Shown piece after piece: positions 51,201 through 63,921 of a stretch of 64,000 bases of DNA. Source of the stretch: Mobula hypostoma (taxonomy: Eukaryota). The translations under genes and the position numbers were made by a program. The stretch covers positions 159,652,001 through 159,716,000 of the forward strand of contig NC_086097.1 of NCBI RefSeq assembly GCF_963921235.1, written 5' to 3'. The notes under the pieces were generated by a model. The model saw nothing but the letters and a program-made list of their open reading frames with translations. It made no database searches and was not told where the DNA came from. Every line of letters begins with the position of its first letter. Position 1 is the stretch's first letter.

Positions 51201-51739
51201 TCCTATGTAGATACGTCTACCTCTTTTGGTAGATACATATCTCCACCACCACTCCAATTAAAATCTTTAATTAGAAAGAGTAAAAACAAAAAAAAATACA
51301 AAATGTGTTTGTTTCTTTTGCATTTTGTGTTTACTTGTTTATTTTGTTCCCACACAAATTCCATGTGGGTACATTTTATTCTGTCTGTCAAATTTCTGGG
51401 TTGCGCTTTAGGGACCATTTCCATTACCCGAATGGCAATAACATGGGGTAGGAAGAAAGAAAGGAAAGAAGGAAAAAAGGAAGGAACAAGAGGAAGAAAG
51501 GCAGGGATGGAAGGAAGAAAGGAAACACAAGAGATGGAATTGCTCTTACAGAAGAAGCATGTACGAAGTCTGTGCCAACACATTTTTGATTATGGCTTGG
51601 CATTGGAAGATTCTTTTGGGTATAGGTTCTGAAGTATGGACTATGATGGATAGGCCTTATCTCCTTAAAAGCCTTCCCTTCATGTGTCTTGGTGAAGGGA
51701 ATGAAGGAAAATGAGTGGGCTGTTTGACCTTTGGGGATT

Positions 51740-52325
51740 CAAGAACTGCAGATACTGAAATCTGGAACAACAAAAGATCTGCTGGATGTGCAGCAAAATC
51801 TGAGGGAGGAAAAGAAATGCTGACATTTCAGGTGAAAATCCTACATCAGGCTGAAGTTGTAGAGGTGAGATGGCCAGTACAAAGAGAATGAGAGTGGTGA
51901 GAAACAAGTCCAAGTGAATGAGTGAAGTCTGATGGATTGAAGAGGGGGGTAAGATGGCATTCCCATTCTCACTCCCTGCTTATCTCCTCTTACAGCTGTC
52001 TCCAATCTTCACTCTCATCACGCCACAGCCCCAACACCAGTTTGTTCCATTTGTTTTTTCACCCTTTTTTCTCTTTGTCTGCCTCCCTCTATCATTCACC
52101 TGAAACTGTCTCCATTCTGCATCCCAGCATCCCTCCCCTACCTCGCACAAGCTGACTATCATCTTACACCCCCGTCAGTCCACCAATCACCCTGGACTCC
52201 TTTCTCCTCACTCCTCCTCATCTCACATCTCCATTCTGCCCTGATGCAAGTTTCAACCCAGAATGTTGACAACTCCTTTTCTCCTGCAGATGCCGCTCAA
52301 TCTGCTGAGGTCCTCCAGCAGGAGG
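51740..52325. mobile_element. Old Penelope inverted pLTR pair with decayed hammerhead motifs
   Basis: Minus CTGATGT-AGGATTTTCACCT-GAAATGTC at ~51822-51849 and plus CTGATGC..CAGAATGTTGAC at 52241-52270; purine-rich left arm, pyrimidine-rich right arm. Confidence 0.6.
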
Positions 52326-52494
52326 CTTTAGATCTGGTTCTTGTTTGGGAATGGGGGACATGTGGGGAGATTTAGTTATGGTGGGGAAGGAAAGCTCAGT
52401 TGAGGAGAGGAGGTGGATTGTGACCTTAGAACTCAGCAGAAATCAGGAGAAGTCACAAGTAGTTTATGGAAATGAAATTTACTTTTCTTTTAAT

Positions 52495-54596
52495 TTGGCA
52501 CTGACTTCACCGTGGCTGATGGTGAAGTCAAAGCCAAAGTGAAAGCAAAAGAGAGGGCATACAAGGAAGCGAAAGCTAGTTGGAAGATAAAGAATTGTGA
52601 AGCTTTAAAAACTTGCAGAAGGAATCTAATAAGGTCATTAGGAACGAAAAGATGAATTATAAAAGGAAACTGGTGACTAAAAGCTTTTTTAAATATTTAA
52701 ACAGTAAAAAAGAGTTGAGGGTAGATATAGGAACAATAGAAAATGATGCTGGAGATATCGTAATGAGAGACGCAGAGATAGCAGAGGAACTGAATGCATA
52801 TTTTGCGTCAATCTTTACAGTGGAAGACATCTGCAGTATACCAGACATTCAAAAATGTCAGGGAAGTGAAGTACGTGCAGTGAAAATTATGACTGAGAAG
52901 GTGGTCAGGAAGTTTAATAGTCTGAGGGTGGATAAATCTCTTGGACCTGATGGAATGCACCCTTGGGTTCTGAAGGAATTAGCTGGAAAGAATGCAGAGG
53001 CATTAATAATGATCTTTTAAGATTCAACAAATTCTGGCATTGTACCAGATGACTGGAAAATTGCAAATATTACTCCGCTATTTAATAAGGGTGGGAGGCA
53101 GCAGAAAGAAAACTATAGACCTATTGGCCTGACATCTGTGGTTGGGAGGTTGTTGGAATCGATTGTTAGGATGAGATTACAGAATACCTGGAGGCACATG
53201 ACAAGATAGGCGAAAGCCAGTATGGTTTCCTGAAAGGAATATCCTGCCTGACTAACCTACTGCAGTTTTTTGAGGAAATTACAAGCAGGGTAGAGAAAGG
53301 AGATGTAGTAGATGTTGTGTACTTGGATTTTCAGAAGGCCTTTGACAAGGTGCCACATATGAGGCTGCTTAGCAGGGTAAGAGCCCAAGGAGTTACAGGG
53401 AAGTTACTTGCATGGGTGGAGCATTGGCTGATCGGCAGAAAACAGAAGGTGGAAATAAAGAGATTCTATTCTGGCTGGCTGCTAGTTACCAGTGGAGTTC
53501 CACAGGGGTCGGTTTTGGGACTGCTGCTTTTTATGACGTACGCCAATGATGTGGACTATGGTATCAATGGATTTATGGCTAAACTCGCTGATGATACAAA
53601 GATAGGTGGAGGAGCGGGTAGCGTTGAGGGAACAGCAAACCTGCTGAGGGACTTAGATAGTTTAGGGGAATGGGCAAAGAAGTGAAAATGAAATACAATG
53701 TTGGAAATTGTGTGATCTTACACTTTGGTGGAAGAAATAAATGGGCAGACTATTGTTTAGATAGGGAGAAAATTCAAACTGCAGAGATGCAAAGGGACTT
53801 GGGAGTCTTTGTGCAGGCTACCCTGAAAGTTAACTTCCAGGTTGAGTCAGTGGTGCAGAAGGCGAATGCAATGTTGGCATTCATTTCTAGGGGTATATAA
53901 TATAAGAGCAGGGATGTCATGTTGAGGCTCTATAAGGCACTCGTGAGACCACACTTGGAGTATTGTGTGGAGTTTTGGGCTCCATATTTTAGAAAGGATA
54001 TACTGACATTGGACAGATTTCAGAGAAGATTCACGAGAATGATTCCAGGAATGAAAAGGTTCCCATGTGAGGAACATCAGGCAGCTCTTGGACTGTAAGT
54101 ACATGTTCAGCACAGCATCGTGGGCTGAAGGGCCTGTATTGTGCTGTAGGTTTTCTATGTTTCTATGTTTCAATGTATTCCCTGGAGTTCAGGAGAATGA
54201 GGGGGGATCTCATAGAAACATTTCAAATGTTAAAAAGCCTGAACAGATTAGATATGGCAAAGTTATTTCCCATGGTAGGGGAGTCTAGGACAAGTGGGCA
54301 CAACTTCATTGGGCGTCCATTCAGAACAGAGATGAGGAGAAATTACGTTAGTCAGAAGGTGGTAAATCTAAGGAATTTGTTGCCACTTGTGGCTATGGAG
54401 GCCAAGTCATTGGATGCATTTAAGGCAGAGATAGTTAGGTTCTTGATTAGCCAGGGCATCAAAGGGTATAGGGAGAAGGCAGGGGAGTGAGGATGACTGG
54501 AAGAATTGGATAAGCCCATGATTGAATGGCTGAGAAGACTTGATGGGCTGAATGGCCTACTTCTGTTCCTTCTTCTTATGGTCTTATAGCCTTATG
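52495..54596 (+). mobile_element. CR1 LINE (third subfamily), decayed, with a small CR1 3'-end insert at ~54098-54172
   Basis: [48 protein letters not shown]; (TCTTATGG) tail; insert flanked by TGTA. Confidence 0.93.
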
Positions 54597-56890
54597 AAAT
54601 AGGTATCAGGAGACAAATAAGTGATTGAGTTTCAGATATAGTCAAGGAATTGACCAAGGAAGCAGAAAGGAGTAGCAGTCCAAAGAGGAGGGCTATATTC
54701 AAAGATAGGTGTGCATTTGCATAGAATATCCTTTATACATGGGAGTAATTAGACAAACAATGTAGAATAATGACTGTTCTTATGTATTACAACCACCAGG
54801 TATGTTTAAAAATATAAAATACCTTAAAGAGGAAATACACTCAGTATTCATGAAAAGGAAACATACTAATAGCATAAAAACAACAGCAGTTGTCTCCAGT
54901 GGATAATGGAATAATAGAATAAAGTAGGTAGCAGGGGTTCGGAGTCTAGTGAAGAGCTCCCACTGAGAACTACCATAAAGTAATTCACTTATAACAGAGC
55001 TAACTAGAGGCAAGTTTCCAGTGTATATTCAACAGTTTGAGAGCTGTTTAAAACGGTTTTCTTCAAGTAGTAATGAAGCAAGTCTCACAGGTGCTTTGAC
55101 AGCTTATGTCTGTATAAGTGGCCCACTGATGCACATTCAGAATCCAAATAGACATGGCTTCCAGGCATGTTTTACATGTTCTTGATTGTCAGTGCTAATG
55201 TCCGAATGTCTCCGCGTATTAGTGCATCAAGTACACGGTGAAATGCAAAGGAGAAAATAGAACTTGCAACATCTCCACAATTTTCGTTCACTATTGGTTT
55301 TTTCTTAAAATGTAATTGTATATGATACTAAGTATGTCATTTTGTGCTCTACATATTAGCCTATGATCTATAAAAGAATTCCTTTGAGTAATCCAAATGA
55401 ACAAAATGACTGGCATTTACACAGCAACTTTAACATAAAAAACTCACAATGCAATTCCTTGAATTTATATTGTGAGGTAAACACAGCTTGAACCATTCGC
55501 TAGGAGGAAGTTATTGGATGCTGGCTAGAAAGAAGACTAACTAAGTCGGTGACATCCTAATTTTGCTCACCAGACCTGGACATTCCACCTCATGTCAATA
55601 TCAAACAGACTGTAGATGATCTGAGCAATGGGATCAACATGCACGAAATGGCACACCCTAACGCCTTCACCATGATTTTGGAGGAATTTTAACCAGGTCA
55701 GCCTGAAAAAGTTACTAAATTATCATCAACAAATCACTTATAGTACCAGAGGAAACAACACACTGGACCATTGTTACACCACCATCAAGAATGCCTACCA
55801 TGCTATTCCACACCCTCACTTCAGAAAGTCTGATCACCTGGCTGTACTTCTACTCCCTGAGTATAAGCAGAAACTGAAGACTGCAGCACCAGTAGTGAGG
55901 ACCAAGAAGGTATGGAAAAGAGAAGCACAGGAGCAATTACAGGACTGCTTTGAATCAGTGGACTGGATTGTATTCAGGGATTCATCTTCAAATCTGGATG
56001 AGAATGCCGCAGTTGTTACCAACTTCATTTGAGCCTGTGTGGATCAGTGTGTGCCTACAAAAACTTGCTGTACATTCCCAAACCAAAAGCCATGGATGAA
56101 CCAGGAGGTTTATCATCTGCTGGGGGCTAGATCTGTGGCATTTAAGTTGGTGACCCAGGCCTGTATAAGAAAACCTGGTTTGACTTGCAGAGCACTATAT
56201 CAAGAGAGAAGAAACAATTCCAAGCAAGTTTGGAGACAACATCGGATGCACATCAACTCTAGCAGAGTTTATAGGACATTACTTCCTACAAAGTGAAGCA
56301 CAATAGCATGAATGGCAGCGATGCTTTACGACCAGACAAGCTCAATACCTTTTATGGCGGCTTTGAAAGGGAGAATATAACTACATCTGTGAAAATCCAT
56401 GATGCACCTGGTGACCCTATGATTTCTATCTTGTAGGCCAATATCAGGCTGTCTTTCAGGATAGTGAACCCTCGCTGGGTGGAGTACCTGGTAATGCTCT
56501 GAAAATGTGCCAACCAACTATTCAAGGACGTTTCCAACCTCTCAATGCTACGACTGTTAGTCCCCACCTGCTTCAAAAGGGCAACACTTATCCCAGTGCC
56601 TTAGAAGAGTAGTGGAAGCTGCCTTAATGACTGACATCCATTTGCACTTACGTCTACGGTAATGAAATGCTTTCAGCGGTTGGTCATGGCCAGAATCAAC
56701 TCCTGCCTCAGCAAGGTCCTGAACCCACCACAATTTGCCAATTGCCACAATAGGTCTATGGCAGATGCAATCTCAGTGGCTCTTCACACAGCCTTAGATC
56801 ACCTGGACAATATAAACACTTCTGTCAGGATGCTGTCCATTGACTATAGTTTAGCATTTCACGCCATCATTTCTACAGTCCTGATCAATG

Positions 56891-57580
56891 ATTAGATTAG
56901 ATTAGATTATGAGGACACTCAGTCGTCGTTTATTGTCATTTAGAAATGCATGCATTAAAAAATGATACAATGTTCCTCCAGAATGATATCACAAGAAAAC
57001 ACAGGACAAACCAAGACTAAAACTGACAAACCACATAATTATAACATGTAGTTACAACAGTGCAAAGTAATACCATAATTTGATAAAGAGCAGATCATAG
57101 GCACGGTAAAAAAAAGTTTCAAAGTCCCGATAACCTTATTATCTTATGCAAGCGGTAGAAGGGAGAAACTCTCCCTGCCCTGAACCTCCAAGCGCCGCCA
57201 ACTTGCCGATGCAGCACCATTGGAAGCAACCGACCGCAGTGGACTCTGAAAACTTTTTTCCGTCCGAAAACTTCGAGCTTCCGACCAGCCCCTTCGACAC
57301 AGCCTCTCCAAGCACCATCTCTGCCGAGCGCTTCAACCCCGCCCCGTCCGCTGAGCAACAAGCAAAGCCGAGGACTCGGGGCCTTCTCCTCCAGAGATTC
57401 TGGACCACACAGTAGCAGCAGCAGCGAAGCAGGCATTTCAGAAGTTTCACCAGATGTTCCTTCATGCTCTCACGTCCGTCTCCATCAAATTAGGATTGTG
57501 CACCCTAATTGACAAATAATAGACATCACCACCGGAGTGGCCGCTGTGAGCTGCATTGCGCCGCCACCTTCTCCTCCCAC
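56891..57580 (-). mobile_element. Non-autonomous GC-rich retroposon with (TCTAA)n tail nested in Rex
   Basis: 5' end GGGAGGAGAAGGTGGCGGCG; AATAAA and (ATTAG)n on plus at 56891-56910; interrupts the Rex RT between ISTVLIND and LWNLGLSTSL. Confidence 0.7.
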
Positions 57581-58063
57581 TATGGAACCTGGGCCTCTCT
57601 ACCTCCCTGGGAAATTGTATCCTTGACTTCCTAACAGGAAGAGCACGTTCTGTGCTGATTTATGTTAATTACTCTACCTCACTGACGATCAACACTGGCA
57701 CACCTCAGGGATGTGTACTTAGCTCACCGCTCTGCTCTCTCTGTACCCATGACTGTGTGGATAGGTATAGCTCAAATGCCATCTATACATTTGCTGATGT
57801 TACAACCATCGTTGGCAGAATCTCAAACTCAGATGGAGATGAGAAGGCGTACAGGAGCGAGATATACCAGTTAGTTTGGTGGTGTCACAGCAACAACCTT
57901 GTACTCAACGTCAGTAAGACGAAAGGGCTGATTGCGGACTTCAGAAAGGGTAGGATGAAGGAACACAAGCTTATACTCATTGTGGGATCAGAAGTGAGGA
58001 ATTTCAAGTTCCTCTGAGGATCGAACCTATTCCCAACATATCAACGCAGCTATAAAGAAGGCA

Positions 58064-58271
58064 TAGCTGGCCAGTGTTGTAGTGGCATCAGCCCTGGACT
58101 TCGAGGTGAATGGTCGCAGGTTCGAATCCAGTGGGCTCCTTGCATGCTTTCCATCCATGTTTGATTGAGCATCAAGCTAGTAACTCGCCCTCATAAAAAA
58201 CAGTCAAATGCTATGGAAATGGCAAAGAAAAATGCTGTCTGATGCACCACAAGCCATGAAAAGGAATGATG
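58064..58271 (+). mobile_element. tRNA-derived SINE
   Basis: Box A-like GTTGTAGTGG, box B GGTTCGAATCC (~58119); 12-bp TSD ATAAAGAAGGCA (58052-63, 58272-83); short (TGA) tail. Confidence 0.85.
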
Positions 58272-59595
58272 ATAAAGAAGGCAAGACAGCAGATATATTT
58301 TATTAGGAGTTTGAGGAGATTTGGTTTGTCAACTAAGACACTTGAAAACTTCTACAGTTGTACTGTGGAGAACATTCTGACAGGCTGCATCTCTGTCTGG
58401 TATGGGCGGAGGGGGGATGTCTACTGCATAAGAAGAAGCTGCAGAAAGTTGTAAAATGAGTCAGTTCCATCATGGGTACTAGCCTCTGTAGTAAAAATGA
58501 TATTTTTAAAGAGCGTTGCCTCAGAAAGGCAGCATCCATTATTAAGCACCCCCATCACCCAGAATATGCCCTCTTCTCATTGTTACCATCAGCATGGAGG
58601 TACAGAAGCTGGAAAGCAGACACTCACTGATTCAGAACAGTTTCTTCCCCTTTGCCATCCAATTCCGAAATGGACATTGAACCCATGAACACTGTGTCAC
58701 TTTTATTATTTCTGTTTTTGCACTATTTTTAATTGAACTATTTTATATATATATATATATATATACACTTAATGTAATTGATGTACTTATTTTTTTCTAT
58801 ATTATTATACATTGTACTGCTGTCGCTAGGTTAACAAATTTCATGACATATGCCGGTGATATTAAAGCTGATTTTGATTCTAATTTTGACTATTAGAATG
58901 ACAGTTCACAGTCTCAAATGTGGAACTAAGATGGCAGCTTAGTTTTATGATGTTGAAGTAGTAAACCAGATATTATTAATTTAACTCTCATTTTGCCATG
59001 CCAATAAGTTAAAATATTAGGTTGTAGGTAGGCTAGCAGCAGTAGATTTTTTAAAATTTAAAAGCATTCCTGAAATCTTTCTAACCAGGCATTCAATCAT
59101 TCCCCTCTAGCTACATGATTCCTGCTATGTATTTCTCCCCATACTAATTCATAGATTCCCCTGTGACTTTTCTTAAATGAATTTGGTAGCTCTGTAAATT
59201 CAATGTGCTTTGTTAATCTGGAGCTGTTTAAAAGAACTGCCTTTAGGGCCATTGGCCATTGGGATGTTTTGTGTGGGAGCTTACCTACAAACATATGTAT
59301 TGTGTTTGTTGTTAAAAGTCCAAATGATTCAATCTTGATCTTTGAAGAACAAACCTAATCTAGCCTTCATGTAACTAAATGGGATAACATAGCAATAATG
59401 TTGTGTGGTGGGTGAATTATTAAAATATACAACGTGTATGAATGGTGGTGTAAAAAAGGCAAGACAGATAACAATTCCCAAAAAGCAATTAAGTTGAGAT
59501 GAAGGAGCAGAATTTAGATGATGAAAAAGGGTTGTAAAATAAGAAAGTCATATTGGATCTTCTAGTAGGCAAGAAGCTTTTAGTCAGAAATTTCA

Positions 59596-60460
59596 GGGCA
59601 GGCAGTACTGCTGGCTCACAGCTCCATTCATTAGGACTGATGATGACCTTTGGTGTGGTTTACATGGAGATTGCACTTTCACCCTATGACTGTATGGATT
59701 TTCCCCACATGCCGCAGTTTTGCCGAATTCCCAAAGATATGCCGGTGGGGTTTATTACCTCTAGTGCAGGTAACTGGCAAGAGGAAAGGAGTGGAGGAGG
59801 GGAGCTGATGTGTATATCAGAGATAATACACTCAGAGGCCACTTTATTAGGTATCTCCAAATAAATTGTCCCCTGAGTTTATGTTTGTGGTCTTCTGTTG
59901 CTGTAGCCTATCCACTTCAAGGTTCAATACATTCTGCATTCAGAGAAACCCCCCTGCACATCACTGTTTTAATGTGTGATGTTTGAGTTACTGTTGCCTT
60001 CCTGTCAGCTTGAATCAGTCTGACCATTCTTCTCTGAGCTCTCACAACAACAAGGCATTTTCACTCACAGAACTGTGACTCACTATATGTTTCTTTTTGC
60101 ACTATTTTCTGTAAACTCTAGAGACTGCTGTGTATGAAAATCGCAGGAGATCAGCATTTTCTGAGATACTCAAACCACCCTGGCTAGCATCAACAATAAT
60201 TCCACAGTCAAAGGCACTTAGATTACGGTCCTTCTCCATTCTGATGTTTGGTCTGAACAATAGAATCTCTTCACCATGTCTGCATTGAGTTGCTGCTACA
60301 TGATTGGCTGGTTAGATATTTGCATTAATGAGCAAGTGTACATTTGTACCTAATAATGTGGCCACGAAGTGTAGATGGTAGGGAGAAGTGGCAGGGAGGT
60401 ATATGGATGTTCTTTGAGAACTGACGTGCCCTTAATGGGCCAAATATTTGTAGTGTTCAG
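59596..60460 (+). mobile_element. Degenerate V-SINE-like element split by a Tc1 MITE
   Basis: TGGAGATTGCACTTTCACCCTATGACTGTATGGATTTTCCCC..CCCAAAGATATG resembles the V-domain; CR1-like 3' end ATGGGCCAAAT at ~60435. Confidence 0.6.
59829..60371. mobile_element. Non-autonomous Tc1-type MITE
   Basis: TA|CACTCAGAGGCCACTTTATTAGGTA ... TACCTAATAATGTGGCCACGAAGTG|TA. Confidence 0.88.
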
Positions 60461-61083
60461 TGTTATGAGGAAACATTAAGTATGACAACGGGATGTGTAA
60501 GGATCATAGCATTTTGAGCTCTGGAAATTTTACAAGATGGTGGTAAAAGCAAGGACAGAAATATTTTAGATATTTGGAATGAATGCAGGAATATTACGTT
60601 AACTGGAAGGATGTTTTTGATGAATAGGGAGATGTAGAGTTCAAAGTTTAGGTGAGAGTCATTCAAAGTCTCCAGCTGGAAATGTAGGTGATTGTGCTCA
60701 CAGAGTGGTGGAAGGGATGGCATTCCACAATAGTGACCGTGCATAAGAGAAGGAATATCTGTCCATATCAGGCTGGTATCTTGACGGTGAGGGAATATCA
60801 AGGTGACGATACCTCTCGATCTTAATTGCTTTTATTTTTCTTGGCATTTAGGGTCTCAAGAGGGACATTCTCCATGAAACTGGATCATTTCTGTAGTTCA
60901 TGTTCAAGATTATTGTCATGGGCATTGTGATGTAAAGCATCTTATGGGCTCTATATCTTTTAAAAAATAAACTGGCTGTGTCGCAATTGCAGGTGCAGGT
61001 GTTTCATTAAGTGCTTCCAATTTTTCACATGAAGCCTCAAAATGTGAACATATATGTACAGCGAGGAAGGGCAACTCTATACT

Positions 61084-61091
61084 ACACACAC

Positions 61092-61140
<49 letters not shown>

Positions 61141-61223
61141 CACACGCACGCACACACATACACATGCTCACACACAGAGACACAGACACAGACACACACA
61201 CACACACACACACACGCACGCAT

Positions 61224-61304
<81 letters not shown>
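61084..61304. repeat. Long interrupted (CA)n microsatellite
   Basis: ~220 bp of CA with CG/TG/GA interruptions. Confidence 0.98.
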
Positions 61305-61306
<2 letters not shown>

Positions 61307-62034
61307 AACATGTACTCAGATCAACCCTTCAACTCCTTCTTCAACTGAGTTCACAAGCATCTTCCACAATTAGGATCTATCTCCAACCACACCTGGGGGA
61401 TACACTGAGGCCTATTTTGTACCCTTGGATCCCCTTCCCTCAGTTGTCCGTGGTATGTCCTTCTGCACACTCTGCATGAGCAGCTTCTCATGAAAGATAC
61501 CGGCCTGGAAGCAGTGCTTCTGTTTTGCCAAGACGTTCCTGGAACCGCCAAACACAAACAAATCAACAGACAACCAGACCAATGGGGCACTTGACAAACA
61601 ACAAATGTAAAACATTTAAAATTTTATGTATTAATGGACTTAACTGTCATTCCCTGTATGTCTTTGAGTGTGTTCCTTTGAGGTTGTAAAATTATTGTCG
61701 TGCTGCCCGAGGCAGGTGACATAGCTCTCTGTCACAGGCATACATTCACATGAAAATGAGTTTTTATTTGCAACAGCACTGTACATTACAAACATAAATT
61801 ACATAATCTTAAAATACATAAAACTGATGACTGAATTTATTGCGACAACTGTGAATTAATAATGGTTGGGATGAGTACTGGGTCTGGTTATATGTGTTCA
61901 AGTCAAGTCTTTGATGAAACTTTATGCTTTATGTTGATTTACTTCAGCTTTTCCACAAGTCTGTTGTGCCTTGCTCGATTAATTTTTACCTTGATTTTCA
62001 ATTTCAAACATTCTTCTTCTCCTTTGAAATTCAG

Positions 62035-62040
62035 CACAAG
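62035..62040 (+). CDS. Candidate 6-nt microexon CACAAG (or a 93-nt exon from 61948)
   Basis: ttcttcttctcctttgaaattcag|CACAAG|gtaagg; upstream acceptor ttacttcag| at 61947 gives 93 nt; both lengths keep frame. Confidence 0.35.
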
Positions 62041-63104
62041 GTAAGGTTTTAACAAAATCTAGTGCCAAGCAAATCGTGCAGATTCCAAAATGATTCACAG
62101 TAATGGGTTGATGGTGAACTTCAATGAGCATGAGTTTGGTGTTTGAAGTATTATCAGAAAACTCATCATTTACATGCAGATAGACTGCAGATATGAAGAG
62201 TTTTTTAAAATTTAGTTTTTGTGCTTTTGTACTTGCTTTCATCAATGTTGTTTTTCTCTAGCCTGATTTTTCTGCAGTTCACCCAGCATAGTTTAATTCC
62301 ATTTAGCTGCAAGAGAAATTTCTAAAGAGTGACATTCTTATGTAGGACAACAGATCAATTAGTCTGCTACTCAAGATTGAGGCAAACCAGTAATTATTTA
62401 ACAATTCTGTAGTTATTAATACAGATGACTATCTTCTGGTTTGTTTTCAAATATTTAGGAAACTCTGACATGGAAAGCCATTGAAGTTGAAAAGTATGAA
62501 CTCCTAAATTCCAAATAGTTCATTTGTGACATCTTACTGCTTCCTATGAAGGCTAACAGATGTTAAAGCTATCATTAATATAAAAACAGTTGCTCATTAG
62601 CTGACAGTTAATTGCATGCAATGTTTTGTGATACAATTCTGCTTCACTAATGGCCCGCATGACACTATTATAAGTGCATTGCATCATTATAAGATAGCAA
62701 AATGATGTCTCATGTGACATATAAAAAGTGAATGGAGTCTATTCAGCACCTGATGTAGCTATGTAGATGATCTCATTATAAGATAAAGCAGTTGATGGAT
62801 TCCACTCACACAGAAAGGAAATGTGCTTTCCTTTGCTTTGGTAACAAATTTTACCAAGACTCTGCAGCAGCAAAAACTGTAATTATTTCATATTTTCTTT
62901 GACAATGAAAATAATCTATAAACACATTACGTTCCTATTCTGAATTTTGCTACTCCTACCTTCTTTTGACCATGTTTTTTTGTTTGCCCTTCTCAATATA
63001 TAACTGCTCCCATTCACTCATGGACCAGATAATGTTGTTTACAGTTTAGCCCCAAGGTCACTTTGGGTTTACAATGAGACACCTGCCTCTTTCACTCACC
63101 TAGA

Positions 63105-63265
63105 AGTTTGACAAGTTTCTTTTGTCTCCTTCCCAGTTCTGATGAATGGTCATTAATCTGAAATATTAATTCTGTTCCTCTTGTGAAAGAGGCAGCCTGA
63201 CTTGTTGACTCTTTCCAGCATTTTGTTTTTATTTTCAATTTCCAGCATTTGCACTTTGTTTTATC
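63105..63265 (+). mobile_element. Old Penelope pLTR fragment with decayed hammerhead
   Basis: CAGTT CTGATGA..CT GAAAT ATT at 63134-63167, followed by CAGCCTGACTTGTTGA..TTCCAGCATTTGCA. Confidence 0.6.
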
Positions 63266-63921
63266 TCAGAACCCACTCCACTATGTAATCAATTCAGTTA
63301 ATTTCTGTGTGAAAAGTCCTACCAAACAAAACTTTAGATTGTTTACTGAATTTCATATTTTGGAAATAACATTAAGGATTGGCCTCAGTGTCACAGTATT
63401 AGCCTACTTGGATCTTGAAGTCTGGTGTTCCAATCTCTAAGGTCAAGGTTCATCTTTTACTTCTATGCCACGTTAACAAGTACACTTCTTGGCATAACAC
63501 TTGCTCTGTTACCCCAACAACTGAGAGTTAATTGATTTCATTCTAGTCTTCACTGCCCATAGTTAAGAAGTCAAAGAGACTTATTTGCATACTGTAGATC
63601 CATCATGTTTACTGTTATCTGACAGTGTTAAGTGATTTTGTGTGAAGCCCAACTGCAACTGCAGTCTGTGATCTGATGGTCATTCCATGGGTTTGGAATC
63701 TCACTTTTGGTTGTGTGGATTGCCTTCTTGTCTCAAATAAAATGATTGTATATACAATTCCCCTTCCAAACTCATGAGCTAAAAATACATTTGTCCTTTC
63801 CCTTGATAGGAGTGATTTGCTTAGTTAATTTGATACAAGGAGATGCCTCATATAAATACAAATGCAAAAGCCTTATACAAATACAACTCTTTCTTTTCTG
63901 TTTGGCATTCCTTCTTTTTAG

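Larger units (their letters stand above)
55560..58890 (+). mobile_element. Rex1/Babar LINE (APE remnant plus RT) with two nested insertions
   Basis: TRGNNTLDHCY, SDHLAVLLLP, PNQKPWMN, MKCFQRLV, GTPQGCVLS, FADVTTIVG; (GATTCT)-like tail near 58870. Confidence 0.9.

Noticed and set aside
51120..51632. 170-aa ORF with hydrophobic and charged segments
   Set aside because: Spans repeat remnants and a GGAA-type low-complexity tract; no splice or domain support.
55150..55181. Three CATG cores resembling a p53 response element
   Set aside because: Only one perfect half-site (AGGCATGTTT); the others mismatch, and this is expected by chance in 64 kb.
58064..58140. Possible tRNA gene
   Set aside because: No complete cloverleaf; followed by a body and tail and flanked by a 12-bp TSD, so it is a SINE head.
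60916..61373. ORFs rich in HT or CV repeats
   Set aside because: Translations of the (CA)n microsatellite.
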